Origin: Sporopachydermia quercuum | Taxonomy: Eukaryota | DNA length: 64,000 bases | Assembly: GCA_001599295.1 (NCBI GenBank) | Contig: BCGN01000006.1 | Coordinates: 806,001-870,000, forward strand | Direction of reading: 5' to 3' | Shown here: positions 50,896-64,000 of the stretch, in pieces | Layout: every line of letters begins with the position of its first letter | How positions within the stretch are numbered: position 1 is the first letter of the stretch | The notes under the pieces: generated by a model | What the model was told of the DNA's origin: nothing | What the model saw: the letters and a program-made list of their open reading frames with translations, nothing else | Database searches by the model: none | Translations under genes and position numbers: made by a program

Positions 50896-52362
50896 ATGTT
50901 TTGTTCAGTTCGTAGTTCCAACCTGGTCTCAGTTAGAAGATTCACTTCTTCCTCAACATTAAGGTCGTACACAGCTGCACTTGATGCATTTAAATCAAAA
51001 TTCGGCTCAACAATTTCTCCAGAAACTACCAAAAGCTCAGAAAAACCTATTCTTTCAAAACCGCAATACAATTTCAAAGATTTTAAGCAGAATGTCGAGG
51101 AATACCTTCATTCAGCTGAAAGAAGATGTCTTCCACAAGACACATTAGCTGTTCTACACGATGCCAGAGATATTCTCAAACTGGAACATGAAATGAAAAC
51201 CACAGGTGATCAATACGTTTACCAAAGACGACAAGTTGAGTCCAAATTCAAGACGATGGAAAATAAAGAAGACAAAAACGGGGTGCTAAGGGAAATGAGA
51301 ACAATTAAATCAACAATTCAACAGTGGAAACAAGATTATGATTTAGTTCATCATCAAATATATGAAATCATGTCATTGATGCCAAACTTGATTGATCCAA
51401 CCGTTCATGATACTGAAGCTGTAGTTGTGAAGTATTTAAATGAGAAACCATTAGATCAATTGACAACCATGGAAAAGAGCCATAAAGACATAGGAACAGA
51501 ATTTGGAATATTGAATTTTGAAAGAGCATCTGTTTCGTCGGGGTCTTCATGGTACTATTTAGTTGGTGATGGAGCGTTATTAGAGCAAGCTTTAGTTCAA
51601 TATGCATTATCTAAAGCTCGAGCTGCTGGATTCAAACTGGTGATTCCTCCTTCCATAGTCCGCACGGAGATTGGTAAATCTTGTGGTTATCGTCCTAAGG
51701 ATCAAAATAATGAAAGACAATACTACGAAATCAACGATAGGGACTTGTGTCTTACTGGAACAGCCGAAATTCCACTGGCTGCTTTATATGCCAACAAAAA
51801 CTTTAATATCGATCAATTCCCTCAAAAGCTTGTAGGACTAAGCAGAAGCTATCGGGCAGAAGCAGGAGCTACTGGGAAAGATACCAAAGGCCTTTANCGG
51901 GTTCACGAGTTCACAAAAGTTGAATTATTTGTATGGGAACGCGACTTAGAACATTCTAAAGTTGTGCTTGAAGAACTACGTGAGCTACAGGAATCAATAT
52001 TATCAGATTTAGGCTTCACATCACGTGTTTTGAACATGCCAGCTAATGATCTTGGAAACCCTGCATATAAAAAATATGATATTGAAGCATGGATGCCCGG
52101 TCGTGGTGAATGGGGTGAATTATCATCAGCATCAAATTGTACTGATTTCCAGTCTAGAAGGTTGAACACTCGTTATATGGCTCCAGACCAGAAGTTACAG
52201 TTTGCTCATACATTGAATGGTACTGCCATGGCAGTTCCAAGGGTGATTGTAGCAATCATTGAGAATTTCTATGATCCAGAGAAGAATGTGATTACGATTC
52301 CTGAAGCTTTGAGACCTTTCATGGATGGCATGAAAGAGATCTTACCTCAGAGAGTATTATAA
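50896..52362 (+). CDS. DIA4: Mitochondrial seryl-tRNA synthetase
   Basis: Arg/Ser-rich presequence; class II SerRS motifs (LTGTAEIPL, SRSYRAEAG...RVHEFTKVELF, KKYDIEAWMPGRG.WGEL.SASNCTDFQSRRL, HTLNGTAMAVPR). Confidence 0.93.
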   Translation: MFCSVRSSNLVSVRRFTSSSTLRSYTAALDAFKSKFGSTISPETTKSSEKPILSKPQYNFKDFKQNVEEYLHSAERRCLPQDTLAVLHDARDILKLEHEMKTTGDQYVYQRRQVESKFKTMENKEDKNGVLREMRTIKSTIQQWKQDYDLVHHQIYEIMSLMPNLIDPTVHDTEAVVVKYLNEKPLDQLTTMEKSHKDIGTEFGILNFERASVSSGSSWYYLVGDGALLEQALVQYALSKARAAGFKLVIPPSIVRTEIGKSCGYRPKDQNNERQYYEINDRDLCLTGTAEIPLAALYANKNFNIDQFPQKLVGLSRSYRAEAGATGKDTKGLXRVHEFTKVELFVWERDLEHSKVVLEELRELQESILSDLGFTSRVLNMPANDLGNPAYKKYDIEAWMPGRGEWGELSSASNCTDFQSRRLNTRYMAPDQKLQFAHTLNGTAMAVPRVIVAIIENFYDPEKNVITIPEALRPFMDGMKEILPQRVL

Positions 52363-53169
52363 GCTGCATTGCCATTATTTATTAAAGCAACTCTTGTATA
52401 TATATTAATTGTTGAATGTGNTGAGGATGTTTGATTAGAATCAAATTACGATCAGTAGGCAGCATTAAACGTTTTACTAGAAAAGACGAACTTCGGAAAC
52501 GATGATAGAGTGGAATATGACAAAATGTTTAGTTTGAGGATGAATTGACCAGTTCGAGTTCCATAGGTTAGGAAATTAGATCAAGTGATGACTGTTTATT
52601 TGCTAGCAGAAAGATGATCCACTTCTAAAATAGATGAATTGTAGTTAGTACATNATACTAATATTCTGTTTCGCTATTCCTTATTCGACTTCTATTCTCT
52701 CTCATATTATAATATACTACTGTATGCCTAAATTTCGGAGACTATCTAGCGCTCAATTTAATATTTCGGAAACTATTTTGGAACAAGCCATTTCTACTAA
52801 GCCTATGTACTCCTAAGGGGATTTCACCGATTTGATAGCCATAAAATACAGATTTTTANCTCAAGAGAGATTACTTGATTGAACATTTGATATAAATTGT
52901 TCAAACTAGCTCTTAACAGGTCCGTATTTANTCTATTCTTTTTCAGCTTTTTATCCCATCTCAGAAGCAATTGTTCTTGGCCATTTCAACACATCCCACA
53001 CTTACTAATTGACGCACATTCTTTTGCNTATTTGCCTAACGTTCAACCCCAAAAACTCTGAATCTTTTGTTCACACTAACGATTTCTTATCTTCCAATTC
53101 AATCCCTGTAACTCTCTATTTCNGCCAACTAATTAACTCCAATCACTCAAAATCAAAATCCCTACCCTA

Positions 53170-53207
53170 TCACGTGACAATGTTTCTTTCATTGACTTGC
53201 TCACGTG
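53170..53207. promoter_or_regulatory. Paired CACGTG (Cbf1-type) sites upstream of TOM1
   Basis: TCACGTGAC at 53170-53178 and TCACGTG at 53201-53207. Confidence 0.45.
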
Positions 53208-53862
53208 CTGGTGTCCTATATCCCATTCATCAAACCCTCCCCCACAGGAAAAGAACTTTCTTGCTTTTCCTGTACAAAAACTGTTTCCTGTCTTGTTTTA
53301 CTTGCATTCTTTCACCAAAGGCAAATCAAATGAACACTCATTGAATATTTGCTTGACTGGTTGGTTGGTTCAATTATTAGAGGTGTTACTAACTGTTTGT
53401 TATTTGAATGAATCAGCACCAGAGTTGGTTTCAAGTTTATTTAATTGAAGAGAGATCAAACAAGAGTTCTCTAGTTGCTTGTTAGTAATAGCATAGTGAT
53501 AGTAACTGTAGTAGGTAGTGTTACTATTGGTGATACATCTACTTACATATACGATTACATACTTCGTCCTTATTTGCTATATAAACAAATAACTATAAGC
53601 AGTTTGGTAATCAATTGATGGTTTATTTTAATGTTCCAAGCAAAATTAAACAAACAATGAATCATTCTCAGCAAGAAAACGTTCATTTAATCATCCATTA
53701 ATATCTAANTGGCTAACTAATTATCACATTGTACTGGTTTGTCCAGTTGATTTACCATCTAATAGAAAACCTATTAAAAGACCCTTATAAAAGGAACCAA
53801 ACACGTATCAACAGAACATTGCTGTTGAATATTCGAGTATTTGCATTGGAAATATACGAATA

Positions 53863-56800
53863 ATGATCATCTCACAGGAGAAACGTGATAAACGTCATAC
53901 TATGGTAAGTATTATTTGATGGTGAATGGAATTAGTGGATCGAATTATTTGTGCTCCGCCATGATAGCAGATAAAACAAATATAATGAATACTATACATT
54001 TTCATCTTATTTTTTACAACAAAGATCCAAATGCAACATTTCTTATATTCATTCTAAAAGCCCTCTCATGCATAATACGCCCACTCAACAGTTCCTAGTT
54101 TCTATTCCTATTACTTGACATTTATTCTACAGTTTTACATACTAACAGCTACTAGAATGNCTCTCTAAAACAGCTAATCGTGGATATCAGCAATGCTGAT
54201 AATGCAGAATTGATTGCCATTTGGGCATCATTCGGAAACTCATGGAACAGACCAAGAGGTGACCTTTTCCAATGGATACCCGCCTTGAATAAATTTGATA
54301 GCATTCTTGAAACAATAGTAACGAAATACTCCCTTAACAAAATTGAAGCTGTTCCTGCTGTTCTACAAGAAGAAGAAGAAGATATAATATGTACTGTGCT
54401 AGAATTCACAAGCTTGCTACTAAACAACTGTGCAAATAGAAGTATTTATGCAAGCGCTCATTACATCTATAATTTGTTAAATGTCACCTCAACGAAAGTT
54501 TTACTGTCAGTGTTAAAAGTTTGCTCTGATTTGGCTTTAAGATTTTTACAAACTCATTCTTTAAGGTATACAGCAGGTCCTTTGGTAGTAAAGAATATAT
54601 TCAAGATAGCCACTATGCTCAATCTACCTGGAAGACCAGGATTGGATTCTGAAGCATTTACNTTACACGATTATGTTCATCAGAATGAACCATGGCCTAT
54701 TGAATATTCCAATCTTTCTATCCAGTATTTTGCAATGGCCAATCCAAGCAATGACAACAACGTTAATACAAGTTTGAATAATAGTATATCCACACCAAAA
54801 AGGACCGACGAATCAACTCCGTCACCATCACGACTTGTAAATAGCTCTACCCAGTCATCAGAAGGAACCGTGACATACTCATTACCTGCTGAAAAAGTCC
54901 TCTCGGAATCTTCACAGGACCTAATTACCAAGGCTGCTGATAATCTGCCTAAGAAAAACCTATTTGACTTCTTACTGAACGTTCTAGTATGTAAATCATT
55001 TGACAACACTCAAGAAGCTTCAATGCAACGATCAACACTTCTTCAATGTCAATTATATGCTATAAGCTATTTAGTATGTGTGCAGGATGAAATGCAACTG
55101 AAAACCTCAATTCTAGAACATTCGCCTAATCTTTTGGGTCAGCTGGTAGAATTAATTCATCCTGACAACCAGCTGGATTTAGATACTCGGTTAGCAGTTT
55201 TGAAATTATTTGAATGCATGTCTCTTGAAGGGTCCTATAATTCGGAAATGCTAAAGGCATTGAGCGGTCACGTGAACCATGGCGAATTGGCATACATGCT
55301 TAGACATGTTATCAAGGAAATCGAAACTAATGAAGCATCTTTACTCGAAGAGGAGTTCANCGTGAGACTTTTAGATGTTATCCGAAATTTGGCATCGAAC
55401 CCGTATGTCGGAAATCTTATATATCAGGCGGGCATCCTCTCCGTTTTATTGCAATTAGCTCAATTGAAATCTCAATTTGTTCGAAGTAGTACAATGGCAG
55501 TGCTGGCGATAGAAACCTTGATTACTACTGAAGTAAGAGAAGGATCGCCTTCGCCTGCAGCTTTGGACGGCTTTATTGAGACTGGCGGGATCAATGTATT
55601 AGTATCAATGGTTTGTTCCGAGGTTGAGTCAGCTAAGGAGAAAGCAGGACCGAATAGTAAGCCGGAATATTCCGTTGTGGANTACGAAATTCCTTACCGA
55701 CGGGCCATTCGACTGAAAATCCTACTGAAGTTTGTATTACATTTAGTACAAATCAATTCTGGGGCTGACCGGATGCGGAACCTGTTCGATTCTCCGATTT
55801 TAGGTGCAATCAACCAAATAATAGCAAATCCGAAAACTTTCGGTGCCGCTATTATCTCCGGAACTTTAAACACCATTGCCGCTATAATCCATAACGAACC
55901 TACATCTTATCCGATATTAAGTGAAGCAAATACCGTCGATCATGTAATCAACAACGCTAAACAATTGCTATTACCAAACGCGGACGTTTTATTAGCGTTT
56001 CTGGAAGTCATCGGCGCCCTATGTTTGAACTCAGACGGCTTAAACAGAATCCAATCAGAAAAGATCCTAGAAGAATATTTCACCGCCATTTTCTCCGATN
56101 AACATGCAAAAGCTATTTTTGCAGCTGGAAGCTCCGCTACTATGGGAAAAGCTTTGGAAGAATTGATCCGTCATTATCCTGTTCTACGGCCTTTAGTTAT
56201 GCGCCAATTAGCCGGAACCGTTGATATATTAGTAGAACGAGCTCCACGGGTTTTTTCTCCTTTCAAGTTTGACCTAGAAGACAACCCGGAAACTATCTCC
56301 GAACAAGAACAACAAGAGCAGCAGGAAACTAAAACTTATCCGAAATATGGTTGGGAATCGAACCCGCAGTCATCGTTCTTCGAACACACTACAGCTCTTC
56401 TACTAGCGGTGCTGAAATCAAGATCGCCAGTACCCAGTTTTGTTGAGAATTTAGACCTCGAGAAGTTCTTTTCTCTCTTCTGGTTAACAAATGCTCCTTA
56501 TGACTATCTACATTCTCATAGTGTGTATTGTCTATTAGTAATAGGCAAATTGGTGGTGGAGCAAAAGACTTCGGAAGCGGTTGCAACGGTTTTCGATTCG
56601 TTAATGCAAGAGATAGGCAATGCCGAAGAGTTTGTTGGCTACGAATACCGGAAAACATCACAGCCATTCTTTTCTGGTGTATCTAAAGGAGACGGAACTA
56701 CCATCAGAGCTGGAAGAGGCGAAGCAGCCGAAGGAATCGGAAAGTCTCGAGAAGTATCACAAGAGGCAAATTTAGGTTCATTAATGAGAATCTCAAGAAT

Positions 56801-59800
56801 GTTGACGGCAGTTACGGAACTTTTTGCCGATCCGTTAGCCACAAACTCGCAATCGACATTTCAACGGCATTTCCTTTTGTATGCTTACAAATCAGGCAAA
56901 TCTGGCGCATTCTTTACCCAATTAGGATCATTGTTGAACCAATGTATAATGGAGGAAGCTACTATTAGACAACCACTAGATAAAGCTGTCCGTAAAGAGA
57001 CATATTGTTCCCTAAATGATGATTTCGATGCCTACAATCGGCTTGCTGCGCCACCAAGAGACAGTACTGAAACCAATAGTACTGCTGCATCAGGAGTCAA
57101 ATTAACCGCAGAAAGTTTTACTATTCGCGTCATTCGATACACCATTAACTCAATTTATGCTTACATTTCAAGAATCTTTAGCGCGCTTGTCAAATCACAG
57201 CTACATGGACAAGCGGTTATCTCCCATTGGGAAGTTCGCAAAGCCACAATCCGCGCCACAGTTGAGATTGGCCAAACATTAAGCAATCTTGTGCAAAAAT
57301 ATGTCCAAATTAGTCAAAACCTAAGCCCAAATAAGGCACTTCGTACTGCGGAATTAGCTACCCTGTACGTTATTTGCCTAACGTGCAGCAACTTTATTCT
57401 TGCTAAGCGCATTGAACAGCTAGAACCTATTTGTGCGTTGGCTGTTATGCAATCAGGTGGCTTTGAGGCACTAAGGGATATCCTATTGTTGCTATTGGCT
57501 CGGTTCACAGAGAANCATCGGTCATTAGACGGTTCCGAAGTGTATTACCCGTCGAATGATCAACCGGAAACTACGGAATATTTTACTGTTTTGAGAATCC
57601 TTTCATTATTCGAGCCGAGCATTAATTTATCCGTGAATTCTAATTATCCGATAGCAGAATACTTGTATGGCGGTAGAAAACTTCCGAGATTGACTCATTG
57701 TGTGGCAACTCAAGCTCGGTTTATTGTTCTCGGTATTTTAGAGTCTGTCCTATTAGAAAACACATTTGAGAATCCTGAGAGTTCCGAGAATACGGAAAAT
57801 CCAAGGAAAGCAGAAACTCTAGCCAGCAAAACTTCGGCACAAATTCTCGGAGCCATAATTGATCTTGCCGAACCACTACAGAAACCGATCAATTTTAATA
57901 CGGAAGAGAAATCTAACACCGATTACGGAACCTTATTTGAACTCCATTGGCAAGATGTTGCTCCTTCCGAAGCGGGAACCGAGTACCTTATAAGTAAAGG
58001 TTGTTCTGACCAAACGGCTCGGCAAATTCTTGAATCTGGAGATCGGAATATTACGTCATCGGATTTGAATATNAGCCCGGAAATCAAAGAATCTATTTCT
58101 TCCGATCCATTCCGAATTCCCGAATTTATCAAGCTTCCGGCTTTTTATACAGATAAAGCGACTGGAACAAAACTGATCACTTATCTCGATTTAGAAGAAG
58201 CCGTAAAATCCCGTAAACCGGAAATCACAGAAGCTTGTCTAGAACACGTGACAAAAGAACCCGGGGCAGTTTACGAACTACATAAATTAATCGTCCCCGA
58301 TTTCATTGCTGGTGCCGAAAATGATTCAGNCCCGTCGACTGCGAACGGAATAGTTTCTCGAATGGTTGAAATCGATCCCGAAGACTCAGAACGCGAATTC
58401 GAGCTGGGAGCTCTACTGAAACTGTTATCCTTACTACTAGAAAATAAAGCTATATGGGAACATTGTTTAGAAGAATCGAGGGATATAGTGAAATCGTTTA
58501 CAAAGCTGATGAGACCGCAAAATCGGAAGCGGAAATGGGTACCGGATTTATTACAAATATTGGAGCGGATCTTAGGCTTCTCCTTATTGCCCAAATATGA
58601 GCGATCGGAGATAAAAATGAGCCTAGAAGAATTTAAACCGGTTACGGAAATACCGCCAAATGATCGGAATGAAATCCTAGAGTTTATTCTGGGATATACG
58701 GAGTTTGAGACACCCGAACTAGCAATTGCTGCCGCTAGGATNCTAATATTTTTTTCCCGAGATTTCGGCCTTAAAGAGCGGATATTTTCTAGTGGAATTC
58801 TAAAGTTAATTTTTTCAGTAGCGTATAAATTTCCTAAATGGGTGGGATTAGTTAATCTACAAGGATTGACTTTAATCTTGCTGCGGAACCTTATTGAGAC
58901 GCCGGAAACGGTCCGAACTATAATCATGTCGCATCTACGGACGACGCTGGGATTGTCTGAGAAAAAACCGATATCTCGGGCACATCTGCTCGATGTATTG
59001 AACTCTCGTTGCTCGGATATTATCCGGGACCCGGAATTGTTTGCCGAGTGCATTTCGGAAGTCGTTCGGTTAGAGAAATGTGAAACCCCGCTGAAATGGA
59101 ACATTTATTCCGACTTGAAATGGTTCAAAAACTCTGCTTCGGCAACCGGATCGGCAACCGGATCGGCACCAGAAACGGTTTCCGGAACAGGATCGGAGAA
59201 AGCAGATGCTGAAATGAGGGATGCCGATACCGGGGCTGTGATTGAACATACAAATAAACCTTTCACCCTAAAATATCAATCGGGTGTTATGCATTTGCTA
59301 TTAACGGAATTGATGTCGATCAAGCGAGAAGCTATTTTTGACGATACCCCTGACGATACCCCTGACGATATTCCGGAAAATATCTTGGAGACAGAAAGCG
59401 CAGAAGCTGTCAGCGAATCAAACGGTAGTAATATTAATAACGGTGCTAATGTCGGAAGAGCCGAAGCTTCTATGTTAAGCCGGAAAACAGATAAGAAACG
59501 GAACTGCCGAGAAAAAGAGAACCCCGAAGCCGTTTATTTTAGCTTTCTTGTTCACTGCACTATTGAACTTTTAGCTTCTTATAAACAGGCAAAAGCGGAA
59601 TTCTTAACCTTTTCTAGGAAGTCGTTGCTGTTAGCCCAGAACTCTAATCAGAACTTCAACCTTATCCCACCGCATCAAAAGCCAAGACCCGGAGCACTAA
59701 ACTTTTTCCTCAATAACCTTCTTTTCAAAGACCCACTTTTGCCTGACGAATCCGGTAACCGGTCGAGAAGACGGAAGATGGTCTCCGAATTAGCCGGAAT

Positions 59801-62800
59801 AGCCATCACAGCATTAATTACTTCCCCGCCCGATTACCGACCTCCGCACGAGAAGGAAGAATTTGAAAGCGGAGAAGATGAGGACATGCTGTTCATTCGG
59901 AAGTACGTTGCCGAGGGTATATGCAGAGCTTTGAAGGAAATTGAAACATCTTCTTTACCGGCTAATGTTAAATACGGAAGACTAATGGATACNTCAGACC
60001 TTGTGGAAGGGCTAGTTTCATCGCGGTTCCGCGATCGGCTTTCNGGATGTGTTTTGAAAGCGGCAACGGAGAAAGATGGAGATTATATGGCGAAAACATT
60101 TTTAGAGAAAGGAGTACAAAACTTATTAGTGGGGATTATTTCAGATTTGGATTTTAACTTTCCGGATTCCAATTTGGTAATAAAAGCCGCTCTTTGGCCC
60201 GTGAAACGGCTAGGAACCGCTAAAATAAAGTTACAGGAGTATTGTCGAAGCTTTATATTGGGAGAAAGTACCGGAGAAGATAATCACGAAGATTCGGAGT
60301 TCGTTTTCTCGGAGGAAGACTCTGAATCAGATAGAGACGAAACCCCCGATTTGTTCCGAAACTCAACCTTAGGAATGTATGATGTCGATGACTCGGAAGA
60401 CGATGAAGATATCGGAGATGATATCAGTATCATTGATGAAAATGATATGACATTCGGAGATGTTGAGGTTATTCAGGAGGACGATGAAGATGGACCGGAA
60501 TCGGATGATAGCAGTAATATCGATATTGAGCGGGAATTGCAATCGAACTCGGATGCCGAGCTCGGATCAGAAGTGGATTCGGATGAGGAATNGGAGTTAG
60601 AATCGGACATTGGCTCTGATGAGGATGCATCGGATGTTGGATCAGATGATTATTATATTGAGGATATAGATATCGGAATAGATGATGGAGATAACGGAGG
60701 CGATGAAGATTCCGAAATGGGAGATAATGAGCATTCAGCTAACTCCGAATACGATGATTGGTATTATGATGATGAGGAAGAGAGTGGAGATCATAGCGGN
60801 GCCGATTATATTGAAGACTATGATTCGGAAGCGGAAGAAGAGTTTCTCGGAGATGGAGATGAATATTGGATCTCCGAAGGTATGGATACCCGGGCTTCTG
60901 GCCGAGGATTTGGCTTTGACGGAGAAGCATCCGATATCGGAGAAGATTCATTCCGTGGTGGTCATAGACACCATTTCGAAGAGATATACGATTCCGGAGA
61001 TGATGATGACGACGATGACGACGATAGCGGAGATGATGATGAGGATGATGTAGATGGTTTCTTCCCTGCGGTAAATATGGGAAATCATACTAGTGCCAGC
61101 CATAACTGGACAACGTTAACCGTTCCGAGCAGATTTGGAGAACGACAGTTAATCCATCGCGCGGATCATTCCGGAGATCCTTTCCGAGATCGGGTCAACG
61201 GATTCCCATTTTTACCCGTCCGGAATAGATTGGACAACAGAGGTCGAGAATCGTTTGCCGATATGAATAACACCATTGAACGGGAGCTTCTGTCTCAAAT
61301 CATGCGACACTTGACTTTCAATAATAGAAGTGGTGTAATTCATGCTTATTCCCAAGATAGGCATCCGGTACAAATGTTCCAGAAACCGGAAGTGGCTAAA
61401 TTTGCTTTGTACTTTCAGTATTTTCCATTTGTCTCAACAACGAAGCGGTGGACGGAAGCGGATAAACTGTTCATTCCTTCATTGTCCGAAGGTGGACATT
61501 TGCGGATTGTTCCCAGCATTATTTCTCAGATCTACGAACCGAGCCGAGTTTTAGAAGAGGAGAAGAAGCGGAAACTAGCAGAAGAACGGTTAGAGAAGCA
61601 AAAACGAAAGGAAGCAAGACAAAAAGCGTTAGAAGAACGAANGGTACAGAGACAAAGAGAACGGGAAGAACGGGGCCGGGAAAGAGCGGTTGCTACTACT
61701 AATGTTAATGCGGATAATAGTGCAAACTCCAGAAACACGGCCAATGACGGAACGGCAATCGATTCTACAGCAGCATCCCAACAAGAAGATTCTGAAGCAA
61801 ACTCCAATGAACCAATCATCATTCGAATCGGAGACAGAGACGTTGACATCCGCGGTCTCGGAATGGACCGCGACTTCTTAGAAGCTCTTCCCGAAGGGAT
61901 GCGCGAGGAAGTCTTCAACCAATACATGGCAGAAACCTATAATTCTTTACCAGCCCGAAGAGTTTCGTCCACCCGAGAAATCGATATTGAGTTCTTTGAC
62001 GCATTGCCTGAAAACATCCGTGAGGAAATATTAGCTCAGCAAGACATGGAAGTTATTAGTGATGAAGAGGGAGAAGATATTGACGATGAGGACATTGAAT
62101 CCGGAGACGATATAGACGAAGAGGACATTGATATTGGAGATGATGCACCAGGATCATTAAGAAGACAAAGCGGGGAAGATAACATCTCCGGATCAGCTTC
62201 GACTTCCAATTTAGGGTCTAAATCTGATAAGATATCCAACTCAACTAAACAAAAACGGAAATCATTTACATCCTTCTTAGATCGTCCTGGCATCGCATCC
62301 CTCATGAGATTGTTATTTATCCCTCAGGATAACCATAAAAGAGAAACATTATTGCAAATTGTTGACATTGTAGCATCAAATCGTCAATCCCGAATCGATA
62401 CGTTGACTTTATTATTGACAATACTCCAGGATGGCATTACTGACNCCAAGTCATTAGAAAAATGCTTCTCGCAGGTAACTATACGTAGCAATAGTGTTCC
62501 TATTGGTATGATAGGATCAACGGGAGTTAATACATCGGTGACAGCAGCTGGAGGTCCACAAGGAACATCTGCTGGACCTTCTGGAGCTTCNGGATATTCG
62601 GGACCAGCAGCCAAATTAGGGACGCCGAGAAAATATGCTACCCCACAGAAAACATTCACCAAAGCTGAACTCTCAGGACTGTTCCCGAAAGACTGTACAC
62701 CTGTAGTTGTTTTAAATCAAGCAATTCATTTGCTGGATGCTATTTTGGAACAGAAAGTTGAATCACGGGCATTTTTCCTAACCGAACACGAAAATATCGT

Positions 62801-64000
62801 TAGCCGGAAGAAAGCAAGTGCAAGGAAAGGCAAAGAAAGAGACAATAGGGATAGAGATGTTTATAATAAGAGTCAACGGTATCCTATAAATGTTCTGCTT
62901 GGATTATTAGATAAGCCAACAACCAAGAAAGGCACTGTATGGATTGAGGTAATCACCTGTGCATTAAGCCATGCAACTAAGCCTTTATTAAGCCTTTTAA
63001 AAGCGAAAGAAGATGGTAATAAGAAAGAGGGTGATAATGCAGAGGAAGTGGAAGAAAGAACTTCGGATAAGATGTCGGATGTTATTCCGGAGACTATATC
63101 GGAGGCACAAACAGTAGAATCCTCGGCAGTAAAATCAGAACCAGTCTCGGGATCAACTGAGGCAACGGAACGTTCTAAGGGTAAAAAATCGAGCCAAATA
63201 ACACCAGAGCCTCCAGTTATACCAAAACATAACCTGGAACTTCTCGTATCGGTATTCACCGAAAGAGAATGCTCATCAAGAACGTTCCGGAACACATTAG
63301 CTATTATGCAACATATCTCGGCTATTCCTTCCGCTCGGAAGACGTTTGCTGCCGACTTGTCGGAAAACGCTTCCCGATTAGGTAAATTACTAGTCACCGA
63401 CTTAGAACATCTACTCTCCGAACTGAAAACTACTGAACCGGGCAAAGATGTACCCGGAGCAACCCTTTCTCGGTTCTCTTCATCCGGTTCTCTTCAGAGT
63501 AAATTGCTCCGAGTTCTAACGGCATTGGACTATCTATTTGCCAAACCTTCGGACAAATCTTCCGATAAAAATACCGGATTATTAGAACCCGAATTGGCTT
63601 CCCTCACCTCTTTATATGAAAAATTGGCCCTGGGAAAACTATGGAACGCTTTATCGCAATGTCTACTTATTATGCAACAAAGAGCTGATTTATCTCACGT
63701 TGTAACGGTGCTTTTACCCCTAATGGAATCTTTAATGGTTGTATGTAAACACAGCAAAGTGAAAGAACTACCACTGAAAGAAGTAATGAAATACGAAGCA
63801 AGAATAACTGATTTATCTACTGAACCTATTGAAAACCTGTTCTTCTCATTCACAGACGAACATAAAAAGATCCTCAACCAAATGGTTAGAAATAGTCCTA
63901 AATTAATGAGTGGACCTTTCGCTATGCTGGTTAAGAATCCGAAGGTATTGGAGTTTGATAATAAAAGAAACTACTTCAANAGGAAAATTCACCCTCCAAA
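53863..64000 (+). CDS. TOM1: HECT E3 ubiquitin ligase Tom1/HUWE1; 5' part, runs off the window end
   Basis: Exon 1 53863-53904 (MIISQEKRDKRHTM), intron 53905-54155 (GTAAGT...TACTAAC...TAG), exon 2 from 54156 encoding WNRPRGDLFQWIPALNKFDSILE. Later come ETPDLFRNSTLGMY, a long acidic region, DFLEALPEGMREEV UBM-like repeats and, in the same frame at the window end, FTDEHKKILNQMVRNSPKLMSGPFAMLVKNPKVLEFDNKRNYF just before the HECT domain. Confidence 0.94.
59139..59168 (+). repeat. 12-bp coding tandem repeat TCGGCAACCGGA x2.5 (SATG) in TOM1
   Basis: Units at 59139-59150 and 59151-59162, partial at 59163-59168. Confidence 0.85.
59340..59370 (+). repeat. 12-bp coding tandem repeat GACGATACCCCT x2.5 (DDTP) in TOM1
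   Basis: Units at 59340-59351 and 59352-59363, partial at 59364-59370. Confidence 0.85.

Noticed and set aside
54152..63877. Many minus-strand and alternate-frame ORFs (up to 277 aa) over 54-64 kb
   Set aside because: They are shadows of the continuous plus-strand TOM1 frame.

Overview
Eukaryotic, gene-dense fungal DNA, most consistent with an intron-bearing budding yeast (Saccharomycotina). Evidence: GTATGT/GTAAGT/GTACGT donors, TACTAAC-type branch points close to YAG acceptors, and CTG at an invariant Leu of TBP, which suggests the standard code. About 17 housekeeping genes are supported: a membrane-anchored ubiquitin-fold (MUB/UBL3-like) gene, FKH1/2, ASG1, IMP1, SWP1 (3 exons), LUC7, SPT15/TBP (2 exons), SCC4/MAU2, TPS2, a B-box/DUF2009 (UPF0652-like) gene, DBP2 (1.5-kb intron), CEX1, RPC19, a spliced LDO16/promethin-like gene, SUB2 (2 exons), NDE1/2, DIA4 and the 5' ~10 kb of TOM1, which the ORF track misses. 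A 2.03-kb direct duplication around a 100-N gap looks like an assembly artefact. No tRNA, rRNA, transposon or CRISPR was seen. Three unexplained signals stand out: (1) patches of strand-symmetric CCG/CGG (often TCCG/CGGA) enrichment, roughly 7-fold by hand count, over TPS2, most of TOM1 and the 3' part of SCC4; (2) in the DBP2 intron, four TGATACCC copies complementary to the 5' splice site, plus long-range helices; (3) paired TATGCAG boxes one helical turn apart in the FKH/ASG1 divergent promoter. All gene calls come from recognising motifs by eye; no database searches were run.
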